Shown here: in pieces, positions 44,451 through 58,431 of the stretch
How positions within the stretch are numbered: position 1 is the first letter of the stretch
How the letters are laid out: every line of letters starts with the position of its first letter
NCBI GenBank assembly: GCA_002633005.1
Contig: NMRA01000043.1
Location: 400,018 to 464,017 of the forward strand
Source: Phoronis australis
Taxonomy: Eukaryota; Animalia; Phoronida
Direction: 5' to 3'
DNA: 64,000 nt
The notes under the pieces: model-generated
Database searches by the model: none
The model's input: only the letters and a program-made list of their open reading frames with translations
Told to the model about the DNA's origin: nothing
Position numbers and translations under genes: made by a program

Positions 44451-46894
44451 CCGTGAACATTCGGGTTAACACCCATGTTCACTTAAGTGCCCATTCCCAA
44501 CTTTAGCTGGACTTCAGATTTAAGGGCACACTGCTCGGTTAAGCGCTCCCTTGTAATTTTTGAAGATATCCAGTTAAGCGCCCACCTCTCGGTTAAGCAC
44601 CCATCCCCAACTTTTAAAGACTGGAGATTTAGCGCCCAGTGCTAAGGAAACATACGATTCCCAGACTTTTAGATAGAGATCGATGATCACAATGAATGCA
44701 ACGACGCCGGGCCTCCGAGACAGCAGTTTAGCAATGTGAATTACAATACAAGTAACGAATTATTATCTTGGGTCATGGACTTACTTCAAAATTCAATACT
44801 TGAACGTTTTTGTCACTTTATTTCCTTCCCATGTCGGCAAAGTTTAAGAACCCCACCGGCGTCAAAACCTCCGCTTTCAGTGACACTGTCTGCGGCGCTG
44901 AGTTTCCATCTGCAGTGCACTAGATAAAACATTTATTCGAAAAAATCAGGCCAGAGAAATGTGACAATGATTTTACCAACCCTCCAAATTCTCTTTTAGG
45001 TGGGAAGCTATCATATTTTGAAGAATTCTCCTAACTCACGGAAAGATGTCAAATTCTCACTATCTTGATGAATGTAAATGCCGTGTTATAGATGATATGC
45101 GGTGGCCGGCGTTAACAATTTGCTGCTTCTCGATTTCTGAATTCAGATTTCGCAATACATTACTGTATGTTTGTGTATCATCTTGAAGTAATAAAACACT
45201 GCTAGTCAAATTTTGTTTTTTGCTTATTGCATCTCAGTCAAACTCACGTTAGCAGATTTAACTAATGCCGCTGGCTGTTTTTTACTACGATTAATTCTGT
45301 CAACCCCCCATCTAGGTGTGACTGTGTGAATTATCGGTTCCACATTCTCTTCGTTTAGCCATCTAGAATAATTTTGTTTCTACATTGGCCAGTTACAGCC
45401 TGAACAAAAATGCTTACCATTCGAGTCTGAAATATCTACGACGTAGACTGGCTGAAAATGGACAATAGTGGGTAGGAGGTGTACGTCACAGCTAGCTACG
45501 GGCATGGCACATCGGGCCTTGGGAACGTCGAGCCGGGAAATATCGGAATAGACTTGGCATCGCAGTTTTGGGGAACATTGGAATGGAGGAATATCGTAAT
45601 GCACTGGGTCTTTTGTACGGCTTGAAAGTACAGCGTCACGCTTGCTTCTTTTACTTAGGACTGTCGCTGCTCTCTTATGGTGTATGACTTTGTGTGTGGT
45701 GTACGTGCGTAAGTTCTCACACTTTGGAATGCATGTTACCGGGACACCAACATGTGATTGATAGGTGACTCATAGGTAGGCTCTACCTGCATGCTGAATC
45801 CCGCCGCTATCTTTGGCCATAAAAAATGAGGCGCATATTGAAAGAGGCAGTTGTATTACTTGACGGCACTTCCAAGTCACGACTGAGACATTGCGCGTAA
45901 ACAGTGGGACCGACCAGTGCCGCAGTGCAATACTGTAGGTGATATTATAAAAGATAATCTGGACATCTTGCATGTAAAATAATTTTTTTTCTACCACAAA
46001 GTTTTGTTAGGTGATAGTTTAAGAATGACTTGAAACATGGCTGTTCTGTGACGTTTTATCACATATTTATGACGTGGCTCAAAATTTTATTCTTGATTGA
46101 CTACTCGCGCACATCCGCTTACCCCCGATTCTTGTCTTACTTCTTTGCCGAGCATGTTTGGGGCAACGGCAAGTGAGCAATGCTGTTGGCGGTCGAGATA
46201 AAACAGCTAGCTGCAGAACCATACGCTGAAAATGTCATTGAGTCAAGGAGTGTCTACTATAAACATCCCAAACACAAAAAATATCTGAATTAAGTTTTTC
46301 AAACTTTTATTACAACTAATTTTAAAACTGCTCTCTGGCTCGGAACTTGACGGCTAGCACCGATGAGACTGTAACCATAAATTTGATGTCTGGTGTGACC
46401 TCTGCAGCACATGAAGCTTGCACGCGCACACTTTAGCAGGGTCACCTCTTGAAACAGGTGCTATCCAAGTGGTCACTGGTCGTCTACGAACTACAGATCT
46501 AACAAAGTAACAAGACCGCAGGACAGCACGGGGCTATTACTCAGCAATTTTGTAAATTTAATAGTGAATCACAAATCTGAGGACAAGAGAACCTTTGTTG
46601 GGATCATCCGCCGTTATGACATTTTTACCGTCATTTGGCGATGTGATGATAAACCTTTTCGAAAAGTGCTACGCATTCCGAGTACGTGTGTCGCGTGGGG
46701 ACTTAGATCACTCAAGGTAAGATTAACCGCCCAGGGTGGCTGTCTGTCGTAATAAGCGCCCATGTTCAGTTAACCGCCCACCCCCGATTTCTTGAAATTT
46801 CACCTTAAAGCGCCCATGTCTGGTTAACCACCCATCCTCAAATTTTTGGGTTTGCCAATTTAACCGCCCAGGGCGTTAACCTGAACGTTCACGG
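44451..46894 (+). mobile_element. Tc2-like non-autonomous element, 2444 bp
   Basis: TA|ccgtgaacattcgggttaac ... gttaacctgaacgttcacgg|TA; colinear with the outer element at 47951-52209; no transposase ORF. Confidence 0.9.
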
Positions 46895-47950
46895 TATACT
46901 TGTAAAACTAGTCCTAATTTGAGAGCCAGAATGTACATGCACATGTGACTAACTGCAAGTACACATAGTCAGGGTCTCTATGTTTGGAAAACTTTTCAAA
47001 TGAATTGGTACTAATTTTTGATAGTGGACATAACATTGAATCCAAGATTTCTCTCTGCCAACACACAATTTAGAACAGAGATGCATGTGATCATTTAAAT
47101 GTACTTCAAGGAATTGATTTTGACAAATGAAACTAATCAGGCCAACAACCATTGAACATAACAGGTGCATAGCTCTCAAAACAGAATTTCAAGCCCAAAT
47201 AAAGTTGCCTGTAATTGAGTTAAGCCTTAAGGTTAACTTACTAGCTCCAGTGTTTCAGTGGTTGGTATGTTTTCAGTAGATCCAACAAGTCAAGTAAGAA
47301 GTACTAAGAATGGATAAAAACTCTGACAAGTTGACAACACGATATGACATGCAAGTGACACTTAACTTCCTACACAATATGACATGCAAGTAATACTTAA
47401 CTTCCAAATATTCATTAATTCTACCAAGCACCAACATCATATTTTACTATTTTCAGTTTCTGTGCCACAACTACATTGATCAAACATTGCCTCAGTATAA
47501 CAGTGTTGGAAATCCTTAGAAATCAAGTTGAGTGATATCAGCAATTGTTGTTTGAAATTGATGACCTTTTTCTTGTTTTAAGACGAAACCTGTATAATTG
47601 ATTCCTGAGTAAATGAAGTTTAGGCACAGTTGGTAAACGAGTGAAACACATGAGATTTTTTTAAAAACATTTTGATTCAAGTGCAGCTAAATGGGCCAAA
47701 ATGTGCTCAGGGTATTTAACCGTAGAGATTGGCGAGAGATATTTTCTAATGACTTCAAGGAACACACTATATACCTTTGTAGGTACACCAAGTCACATGT
47801 ATTTTTCCCACTCATCCTCTGAGATTTTAATGACCTGTCTTCAGGCCTTCATGCAGCTATGTCCTTATCTGGATGCCCTGGCAAGGATGCCCAATGTATC
47901 ATTTGGATGCCCTCTCAATCAGAATTTCTCCTTTGGACACCCACATTGTA

Positions 47951-50900
47951 CCGTAATCGTTCGGGTTAACGCCCATGCTCAGTTAACTGCCCATCCCCGA
48001 CTTTAAGTGGATTTTCGATTTAACCGCCCACTGCTCGGTTAACCGCCCCCCTGCGATTTTTGAAGATTTCCAGTTAAGCGCCCACCTCTCGGTTAAGCGC
48101 CCATCCCCGACTTTTAAAGAATGAAGATTTAGCGCCCAGTGCTAAGGAAACGTGCGATTTCCCGACTTTTAGAAAAAGATCGATGATCACAAAGAGCGCA
48201 ACGACGCCGGGCTTCCGAGACGGCGGTTTAGCAATGTGAATTACAATTCAAGTAACGAGTTATTGTCTTGGGTCATGGACTCACTTCAAAATATAATACT
48301 TGAACGTTTTTGTCACTTTATTTTCTTCCCATGTTTGCAAAGTTTAAGAACGCCGCCGGCGTCAAAACCTCCGCTTTCAGCGACTTTGTCTGCCGCGTTG
48401 AGTTTCCATCTGTAGTGCATAAGATAAAACATATGTTCGAAAAAATCAGGCCAGAGAAATGTGATAATGGTTTTGCCAACCCTCCAAATTCTATTAAGGT
48501 GGGAAGCTCTCGTATTTTGAACAAATCGCACAACTCACGGAAAGATGTCAAATTCTCAATATTTTGATGAATGTAACTCCCGGGTTATAGAGGATGTGTG
48601 GCGACCGAAGGGACAGTACAAGTGCCTTACTGGGTTACCGATTTCGTTGCTGCATATCGATTTCTGAATTCAAAGGTTGACAATAATGTATGTTTGTGTA
48701 TGATCTTGAGGTAATAAAAAACTGCTAGTCAAATTTCGTTTTTCGCGTATTGCATCTCAGTCAAACTGGCGTTAGCAGATTTAACTAATGTCGCTGGCTG
48801 TTTACTATTTCTTGCGTCAGCCCCCACGTAAGCGTGACTGTGTAAGTTATCGTTTCCACATCCCCTTTTTAGCCATCCAGAATAATTTTGTTTATACATT
48901 GGCCAGTTTCAGCCTCAACAAAAATTCTTACCATTGTAGTCTGAAATATCAACGACGTAGACTGACTGAAAATTGGCGATAGTGGGTAAGAGATACACGC
49001 AGCTAGCTACGGGCATGGGCTTAGGGAACATCGAGCCGGGAAATATCGGAATAGACTTGACATCGCAGTTTTGGGGAACATTGGCAATGGAGGAACATCG
49101 TAAAGAATTGGGTCTTTTGTAGCAACAGCTTAAAAGTACATAGTCACGTCCGTTTTTGATACTTAGGACTGCCGCTATTCTCTTTGGCGACTTTGTAGTG
49201 CTGCACGTGCGCAAGTTCCCACACTTTGGAATGCATGTTACCTTGACACCAACATGTGATTGACAGGTGACTCACACGTAGACCCTACATGCGTGCTGAA
49301 ATCCCGCCGCTATCTTTTGCCATAAAAAAACGAGGTGCATATATCGGAAGAGACCGTTATATTACTTGACGGCATTTATAAATCACGATTGTAAGCCGAC
49401 TGAGACATTGCGCGCTAACAGCCTGACCGAACAGTGCCGCAGTGCGATTTTGCAAGTGATATACTGTAAACGTTCGGGTTAACGCCCTGGGCGGTTAAAT
49501 TGGCAAACCCAAAAACTCGGGGGTGGGCGGTTAACCAGACATGGGCTCTTAAACGTGAAACTTCAAAAAATCCAGGGTGGGCGGTTAACCGAACATGGGC
49601 GCTTATTACGACAGGCAAGCGCCCTGGGCGGTTAATCTTACCTCGTGATCTAAGTACCCACACCACACACGTAGTCGTAGGCCTACTCGGAACGCGTAGC
49701 ACTTTTCAAAGAGCGTTATCGTCACGTCGCCACATGACGGGAAAAATGTCATAACAGCGGATGATCCTAACAAAGGTTATCATGCCCTCAGATTAGTTAT
49801 TCACTATTAAATTTACAGAATTGCTGAGTAATAGCCCCGTGCCGTCCTGCGGTCTTGTTATTTAGCCCTGTAGTGTAGAGCGCAGACGACCAGTGACCAC
49901 GCAGCCTCTACTTGGATTGCAACTATTTCATCTTGCTAAAGTGCGCGCGTGCAAGCTTCACGTGTTGCAGAGGTCACAGCAGACATCAGATTTATGGTTA
50001 CAGTCTCGTACTAGCTGCCAAGTTCATAGTCAGAGAGCAGTTTTAAAATTGGTTGTAATAAAAGTTTGAAAACCTTAATTCAGATGTTTTTTTTTGTTTG
50101 GGATGTTTATAGTCAACACTCCGTGACTCAATGACATTTTCAGCGTATGGTTCTGTGGCTTGCTGTTTTATCTCGACTGCCCGGCATTGCTCACTTGCCG
50201 TTGCGCCAAACATGCTCGGCAAAGAAGTAGGCCCAAGACAAGAATCGGGGTTAAGCGGCCGTGTGCCACTCGTCAATCAAGAATAAAATTTCGAGCCACG
50301 GCATAAATATGTGATAAAACGCTACAAAACAGCGATGTTTCAATTCATAAACGATCACCTTACCAAACTTCGTGGTGGAAAAACATTTATTTTTCATGCA
50401 AGATGTCCAGATTATCCTATTTATATCACTTGCAATATCGCACTGCGGCACTGTTCGGTCCCGTTGTTAGCGCGCAATGTCTCAGTCGGCTGACAATCGT
50501 GACTTGGAAATGCCGTCAAGTAATATAACGGCCTCTTTCAATATGCATCTCGTTTTTTATGGCCAAAGATAGCGGCGGGATTCAGCACGCGCGTAGGGCC
50601 TACGTGCGAGTCACCTGTCAATCACATGTTGGTGTCAAGGTAACATGCACTCCAAAGTGTGGGAACTTGCGCGCGTGCACCACTACAAAGTCACACATCA
50701 AAAGAGAATAGCGACAGTCCTAAGTAACAGAAACGGGCGTGACTATATACTTTTAACCATTGTCTCATTTCTCTGGCCTGATTTTTTCGAATATATGTTT
50801 TATCAAGTGCACTGCAGACGAAAACTCAGCGCGGCAGACAAAGTCGCTGAAAGCGGAGGTTTTGACGCCGGCGGCGTTCTTAAACTTTGCAAACATGGGA

Positions 50901-52209
50901 AGAAAATAAAGTGACAAAAACGTTCAAGTATTATATTTTGAAGTGAGTCCATGACCCAAGACAATAACTCGTTACTTGTATAATTGCAATTCACATTGCT
51001 AAACCACCGTCTCGGAGGCCCGGCGTCGTTGCGCTCATTGTGATCATCGATCTTTTTCTAAAAGTCGGGGAATCGCGCGTTTCCTTAGCACTGGGCGCTA
51101 AATCTTCATTCTTTAAAAGTCGGGGATGGGCGCTTAACCGAGAGGTGGGCGCTTAACTGGAAATCTTAAAAAATCGCAGGGGGGCGCTTAACCGAGCAGT
51201 GGGCGGTTAAATCGAAAGTCCACCTAAAGTAGGGGGTGGGCGGTTAACTGAGCATGGGCGTTAACCCGAACGTTTACGGTAAATAGGATTAATCTAGACA
51301 TCCTGCATGAAAAATAAATGTTTTTCCACCACGAAGTTTGGTAAGGTGATCGTTTAAGAATGAATTGAAACATCGCTGTTTTGTTGCGTTTATCACATAT
51401 TTATGCCGTAGCTCGAAATTTTATTGTTGATTGACGAGTGGCTCACCCCAATTCTTGTCTTAGGCCTACTTCTTTGCCGAGCATGTTTGGCGCAACGGCA
51501 AGTGAAGAATGCCGGGCGGTCGAGATAAAACAGCTAGCCGCAGAACCATACGCTGAAAATGTCATTAAGTCACGGAGTGTCGACTATAACATCCCAAACA
51601 CAAAAACATCTGAATTAAGTTTGTCAAACTTTTATTACAACTAATTTTAAAACTGCTCTCTGACAATGAACTTGGCAGCTAGTACGAGACTGTAACCATA
51701 AATTTGATGTCTGCTGTGACCTCTGCAACACGTGAAGCTTGCAGGCGTGCACTTTAGCAAGGTCACATCTTGAAATATTTGCAATCCAAGTAGAGGCTGC
51801 GTGGTCTCTGGTCGTCTGCGCTGCGCAGGGCAAAGTAACAAGACTGCAGGACGGCACGAGGCTATTACTCAGCAATTCTGTAAATTTAGTGAATAACTAA
51901 TCTGAGGGCAAGAGAACCTTTGTTGGGATCATCCGCTGTCATGAAATTTTTTGGCGACGTGACGATAACGCTCTTTGAAAAGTGCTACGCGTTCCGAGTG
52001 CGTGTGTGGTGTGGGGACTTAGATCTCGAGGTAAGATTAACCGCCCAGGGCGGTTGCCTGTCGTAATAAGCGCCCATGTTCGGTTAACCGCCCACCCTGG
52101 ATTTCTTGAAATTTCACGTTTAAGCGCCCATGTCTGGTTAACCGCTCACCCCCAAATTTTTTGGGTTTGCCAATTTAACCACCCAGGGTGTTAACCCGAA
52201 CGATTACGG
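47951..52209 (+). mobile_element. Tc2-like element (outer), interrupted by a same-family insertion
   Basis: TA|ccgtaatcgttcggg ... cccgaacgattacgg|TA; the halves 47951-49463 and 51280-52209 rejoin to the family consensus gcaagtgata-TA-aatagga. Confidence 0.9.
49464..51279 (-). mobile_element. Tc2-like element (inner, inverted, internally deleted), with TA target-site duplication
   Basis: TA|ctgtaaacgttcggg ... cccgaacgtttacgg|TA; a junction near 50756 lacks the segment equivalent to ~48470-49130. Confidence 0.9.
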
Positions 52210-55200
52210 TAAGATTACTAGGACACTCCAGTTAATGAAAGAAAGAAGTTGGGCCTTTCAACTCATAAATAAATATATAATGTAAATAAAATGTATATAA
52301 AATGTTGCAATGTTCAAACTATTTTCAAAGTATTTAGTAGACCTGTCAATCATAAGCACTGTTTGGTTACCAGAGAGTCTCTGCCATAGACATCTTAGCA
52401 TCATCTGTGCATTTTTCTTGTGTTGGTAACTGCAGCTTTGATGACTCCTTGTACATAATATAAAGCTAGTTAAGATGATATGATAAACTTTATAACAGCA
52501 ATTTGCACTTGTAGTTCAACCAAAACATGTAATATCTGTAATACCTGTTTGGTTAACTATTTGGCTATTTTCGTAAATATAGAAATAAAAGTCTTGATCC
52601 ACACAGTTGTTTAGTAAAACAGATCACTACAAGAAGGCTGTTTTTGTAAACTTACATGTAAAAGCCTTGTTCAATGCATTTTTGTAAAAAATCTGTGTGG
52701 GGGGGAGGGGGTTACTGGTGAATGGTGGTGGGGAGTGGTGGTAATGCGTCGTTGGAAACATGGACGCACTGGAATATAGGGAACCCCATTTTGAACACCC
52801 TATTTTCGAAATCCTGGATAAAGCCCTACCGGTCTTCAATACATATCATACCTTGCTATGCTGAAACAATATCTATCTAATTACTAGCCAGAGAATGACA
52901 AAGGCCTAAGAGCAGACAATACTTTACAAGTCCTAAGACAAATAGATCATGCTTGCTGTCTGGCCCACTAACCAATAAGGAGCTGACAAGCGTGACTAAC
53001 CTTCTATAATCAATACTATTGGCTAGAAATGAACAAACAATATGTACATTCAGTTGGACTATACCTGTCCTACATCTAGGTCAGAGAATCTATTGATTGA
53101 TAAATATCAAGAAATTTTGAGGCAACTAATATATGAACTTGATTGACAAGGAACATGAATGAATTGACTACATGACACTCAGTCCTTGTCTGAATCCTGC
53201 AATAAAAGTGCTTTTGAGATAGAACTTAAGTTGAATGACCCTGCATTACAAAGAGAGATAAGGTCCAGCACAGATACTCGATAAAAGATTCGCGACTCCG
53301 TCATACCTCGCGGCCTAACGCGAACTACGTGATTGGTCAGTTGGTGCACATGACCAGCTTCGTTTGTATCTGTCGTTAGCAAGCCATTAGCAACTAGCAT
53401 CAAAAACAGCCATTTTCACGTCTTGATTACATCAGTTTACTTCTTTGATCAGAATTTTATTTTGCTTCTTCGATGCGACACAAATAGAGAAGGTGGAAAA
53501 TAAAACGAACTGTGCAGCGTCCTTTTGGGTCAGCAAAGAGAAGCAGGAAAGAGAGCAAATTTCAAAAGCAAAAGAGCCTAAATTAGCACTCAACAGGCGT
53601 AAGTCAGCAAGCGCACTGACTTGACCAGTGTTGCTGTGATAGTAAATGAATATTATCAGTAAATAGTTCAAGCAATAATATGCCTAACAGGAGACGAAAT
53701 TAATCCAGGCTCTGCTTTCTGCAAAGAAATGACAATGGTAAAATTGTATGTGTACCATGGCGCTAATGTTCAGTTGATTAAAGAGGAAGTTCATGCAGTG
53801 ACTGGTGTTTTCTTGACATGTTCCAGTTGAACAACATGAATAAACTGTCACGTCCTAGTCCCCTGCAGAAACCCTGACATTTAGTAAAACCAAGAAGTAG
53901 GCCTATGCTGGCTTTTCACAGGAAATAGCCTTGGTAGACTGGTATACGTTCACGGTCACCTTTTTTGCGTTCACAATCACCATAGAGAATTAACAACATC
54001 ATTCCCGATCGCCGTCTCACACAAGGACCTGCTTGTATTGGTAAATATCTCAAATTGTTTCACAAATCATAACTAACAAAGGTGTCACCAGGGACGATTA
54101 AACTATAAACGTCACACGTCTCTTCTTAAGAACCGTGGAATTGTTAATAACACGGAGAAATTGTCGATTTTACGAGGCGCAAGGCATTTTACCGAAAGCC
54201 ATTGCTTTCTGAGCTCTTTATTTTAAAAAATAAGCAAAAGCCAAGTATTATTTCAGATCCACAACAAAGGTCACACTTTGACACTTTTCTGTGTGTAACA
54301 TTTGTACCAAAGTGGCCTCTATTTAAGCAGAAAATGACACTTAAACTCAACGGGTACGTAACTGTCGTCTGCCATTTTTGGTGCAAGGTCTCGTTCTCGA
54401 TTGCCTTCCGGGGTTCTCGATCGCGGGTTGGCCGGGGTGTATATGTTCACATGAGATTTGAACAATTATATACAATCAGCAATTTACCAGTATATTTATT
54501 AACACAAAAATTTTTATCTACTCTCACTTTATAAACAACGTACGAAAGTGTTTTTGATTCAATAGTCTGCGACTTATTTGCTCTTTTGGACTTTCGAAAA
54601 ATGGTTCAAACGATTTTACTAGACTTTGTGTTGAACATTCCAAACAATGACAGAGGCATATCCAAATAAGATCAGTTGTTGTGAAAAATCAATACTTGAA
54701 GCTAAATTAGTGACAAGAACACAATGATTGAACTGGTGAAAATTACTACCCTAAACATGTTATTGTGTTTATGGACCTCTCACTATGAATAAAATGGCTG
54801 CGACATTTATAAAACTAATATGTAATTATACAAACAGACAATAGCAGCAAGAAAGCTTCACTTAGCTACCACAGGTGTAGTGCTACTCTAAGATGAGGTG
54901 TGTTTATCAAGTCACATGCCAGTGAAGCAAGAGAAAACATTAGATGCCAACTTTTGACAGTTAGTTTAGCAGCAGACAAACTGGTAAGATGGTAAATAGG
55001 ACAGTAAGCCCAGCACAACAACGCCCATTATTTCTATTGTCTTAACAAGTTAATTCCGGTTATACTGAGTCGGTTGGGTGAACTATGCTTCAAAAACTCA
55101 ACCATGGTAACAGTGGGTAAGTAATTCAAAGATGAAATAAGCTTTGTCAGTGTGCATGCACCATCTGTTGATTCACAGAAATCGCATACATTTTAAGTAC

Positions 55201-55635
55201 AAACTGCCAATTTTGTGCGCTTTGATCGTTTTCAAGCCGACTACATTTGCAGCAGTTGCAAGAGTATGAAAATTCAAATTTTGTTTTAACTTAATTCTTC
55301 ATATTAGAGCACAATATGGCAGCAATTGTTTAGATTATAAACTTCTCAACAAAACATAATTTGGTATAACTATATTTTATTTCAGAAGAGTTTGTCCAAC
55401 ACAGTCATTATCAAGCATCACATGGTGAAGTTTCAAGCATTTCAGCAAAGAAATAAATGGGGAGGGAGAGGGCACAGTCCCTCACTTAACATTCAACTAC
55501 ATGTGTTTTGAATTTACTTCTAACAATGTGTTAGCATTAGTCAACAAATAACCAATGTTTTACTCTGTCCTGATACTTTTTTCTCGATGCCTTTGGAAAT
55601 TACATGTATTTTATTTTGCCAATTTCTCTTGCTAA

Positions 55636-56056
55636 AGTGCCGTTTACACTTACAAAGTTGACACGGATCAGCTGACATGGAACAAGTTGTTCCAGTGTAA
55701 ACGGACTGAAACAGCGCTAATTGACACCGCGGTGACAAATTTTTGCCACCCGTTTGTGAGGTAGAGCAATTTGCGCCCGAACATCTTGCGCCATGTCACT
55801 TATAAGTCTTAACGCGAAACTGGAGCAAGGCGGAAAGGATCATCTTTACTGCGCTTGTGCAATGACCTACATACGGGTTCTTTGTCTCTGCAACTCTCGT
55901 CATTTGTAAACCTGCACATGTGCAATACAGTCTCTCCGGCCTTTAATTTTCGTCTTGCCACGGTTAGTGAGTTGCGTATTTAAACGACCGCTTGACACGG
56001 GTCAGTTTGCTCTGTGTCAATTGCGCTGAGCCAAAAGTTGATGTCTAAACGGGACT
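55636..56056. mobile_element. PIF/Harbinger-like MITE, 421 bp, TAA target-site duplication
   Basis: TAA|agtgccgtttacac ... gtctaaacgggact|TAA. Confidence 0.75.
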
Positions 56057-56578
56057 TAAGAGAAGACCCAAAGAAGGCTGTCCAGAGGGTTAATAGAGCA
56101 AGGTAACCAAACCCTTGCACACACATTATCCATAACTCCAGCAAAAGATATGGCTATATCTGTACAACTCAGTTCTAACAGATCAACAGAGTGCCTTGGT
56201 AACCAGATTTACAAGTTCACCACCAAGTTTGCCCAACACTTGTCACTGGCCAGACCGAACTTGAACTTTGCAGGGCATCAAAATTGTCATGGGCACATAG
56301 GACACTCAGTGTCAGTGATGTTATGTAATAGAATCTTCCTAAACTTAAGTTTATTGAACCTTAGTTTATTGAACTCAGAATTCACCCATTTTACAGCTGA
56401 GTGCACAACAACTCAAATGGACAAAAGGTGCTATTTCACAGGTGAGAAACAAAATGACCACCAGACCCAAAATAGGACTGCCAGTCCTCCAATCAGACTG
56501 ACTCACCACAAAACAGGACCTAGGGGCAACTATTATTAAAATCTCTTGGTCTATTTACACCGACCTCTTGTCTATTTC

Positions 56579-56620
56579 ACGACGTTTCGGTCGGTCTATT
56601 CTCCGGCCATCGTCAGGTCT
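56579..56620 (-). ncRNA. Minimal hammerhead-ribozyme-like motif (Penelope-like element remnant)
   Basis: The minus strand reads CUGACGA-U-GGCCGG-agaauaga-CCGACC-GAAA-CG-UC: both core boxes, a 6-bp stem II with one mismatch, and a palindromic short stem III. Stem I is weak. Confidence 0.5.
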
Positions 56621-56854
56621 TCGCACGTTCTTAGAAGAACGAGCACGGATATGTGGTACACTCATGATGTGATTTTTTCCTGCCTCAGACAAAAAAATGG
56701 CTATAATGTAATGAATTGAAACAAACGAATGACACTAGGTAAAACAGAATAATTCTATTTCAAAAATGCAGCTTTGTCCAGTGTTTACTGAATGAAAGTG
56801 TTCACTAAACAGGACTTCATTAAGCAAGAATCTAATCAGCAAGCACGTTCAGGA

Positions 56855-57256
56855 AACACTATGGTGTGCATAATCACGGGTGCATACTCTAACAAACACG
56901 ATGGTGTGCATAATCACAGGTGCATACTCTAACAAACACGATGGTGTGCATAATCACGGGTGCATACTCTAACAAACACGATGGTGTGCATAATCACGGG
57001 TGCATACTCTAAAAACATTATGGTATGCATAATCACGGGTACATACTCTAACAAACACGATGGTGTGCATAATCACGGGTGCATACTCTAACAAACACTA
57101 TGGTGTGCATAATCACATGTGCATACTCTAACAAACACGAAGGTGTGCATAATCCCGGGTGCATACTCTAACAAACAGTATGGTGTGCATAATTACAGGA
57201 GCATACTCTAACAAACACGATGGTATGCATAATCACGGGAGCATATTCTAACAAAC
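56855..57256. repeat. 40-bp minisatellite, about 10 copies (aacaaacacgatggtgtgcataatcacgggtgcatactct)
   Basis: Direct periodicity, contiguous units with no unique spacers. Confidence 0.95.
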
Positions 57257-57979
57257 CAATGTCTACTAACGTGAATGGTTGGTGACGGGGGAATTATGGG
57301 ACAGAATTCACTATTTCCATTTTGTAAGCAAAGAATTCTTACTCAAGTGCAGCGCAAGTGGCATATGTCTACAGAACTGAGCTCTAACGAGAAAAGAATA
57401 GCGAAAGTCCCTAGCAAGACTACAACAATTAACAGCCATAGATTGGTAACAATGTGCCTATGTTTTTATCCAGGTTACTAGGCAGGGTGCTAACATTGGG
57501 GAACTCAATAATTGGGGAACTCAAAAATTGGGGTTAGACATAAACCAAACTTGAGCAAATAAAAACAGAAATTTTGAGAAGTCAAGGGTTCGTAGTCGAT
57601 AGGGTAAACACCTAACCAGTTACAAAACAGAGTCAAATAAAACATTGGAGAATGGTGGTCAATATTACGGGGGGGGGGGGGGNGGCTTGAGCATCTAGAA
57701 TGGAGTAATTTTCCAATGCAAACATTATGTGTAGGCCACACGCTGCTCACATGAATGGTTTCACAGCTTTTTGCACATGGGCACAATCATTGGGAACATA
57801 AAATGGCGCATATAATAAAGTTTCTGTCATATAAGCAGGGTACATTAAAGGTGGAAATTTGGAAATATTCAGGGTGTTCAGTAAGCTGAAATAACTTGGA
57901 TGAGAATGGTATTTGGGTAGGAAACTCCACTGAAACTGTTGCCAGCACATCCCAGGGAAGTAAGAGGAGAACAGCTGAC

Positions 57980-58431
57980 ACCTGCGCAGTTAACTGGACC
58001 GTACTGGCTTCGGTAGTTAATGACCATCGAAGTAAAGAGTTGGTGACGCTGACGTCATCGAAGTTAACGCAAGGTAGCGCTGCACGCTAAGATTTTTTTC
58101 AATGTGACAATTTGGAACATTTAAATGTGCTCAATGACATAAAACTCATTTTTAAATCGGTTGGTAATCATTAAACCAAAAAATAAGTAGTTATTAGTGA
58201 CGGCACTACTCTGTAACTGTTGACGATAACAGTGGCACCTGGCGATAACTTCGATTGGACCGGAGTTAAGCGTTCATACTGCACCGCAGCGTCGACGCTG
58301 CGGTCTTAAATCCACCTATTAACTGCGATGTTAACTGGAACTCTTAACTGCGATCCAGGACCGGAGTTAAGCGTTCATACTGACCGCAACTCCCCAAACC
58401 ATCGACGCGTCGACGTTAGTATGAAAGGCCC
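57980..58431 (-). mobile_element. PIF/Harbinger-like MITE, truncated copy
   Basis: Ends catcgacgcgtcgacgttagtatgaaaggccc; reverse complement of 60136-60620. Confidence 0.7.

Noticed and set aside
47951-48140. Spaced TTAANCGCCC motifs as CRISPR-like repeats or iterons
   Set aside because: They are subterminal motifs of a TA-flanked TIR element, and the same spacers recur in every copy
52851-52859. 9-nt candidate microexon ttgtttcag|CATAGCAAG|gtatga on the minus strand
   Set aside because: Such short AG/GT pairs are expected by chance in 40 kb; no supporting evidence
56855-57256. 40-bp repeat as a CRISPR array
   Set aside because: Head-to-tail minisatellite without unique spacers
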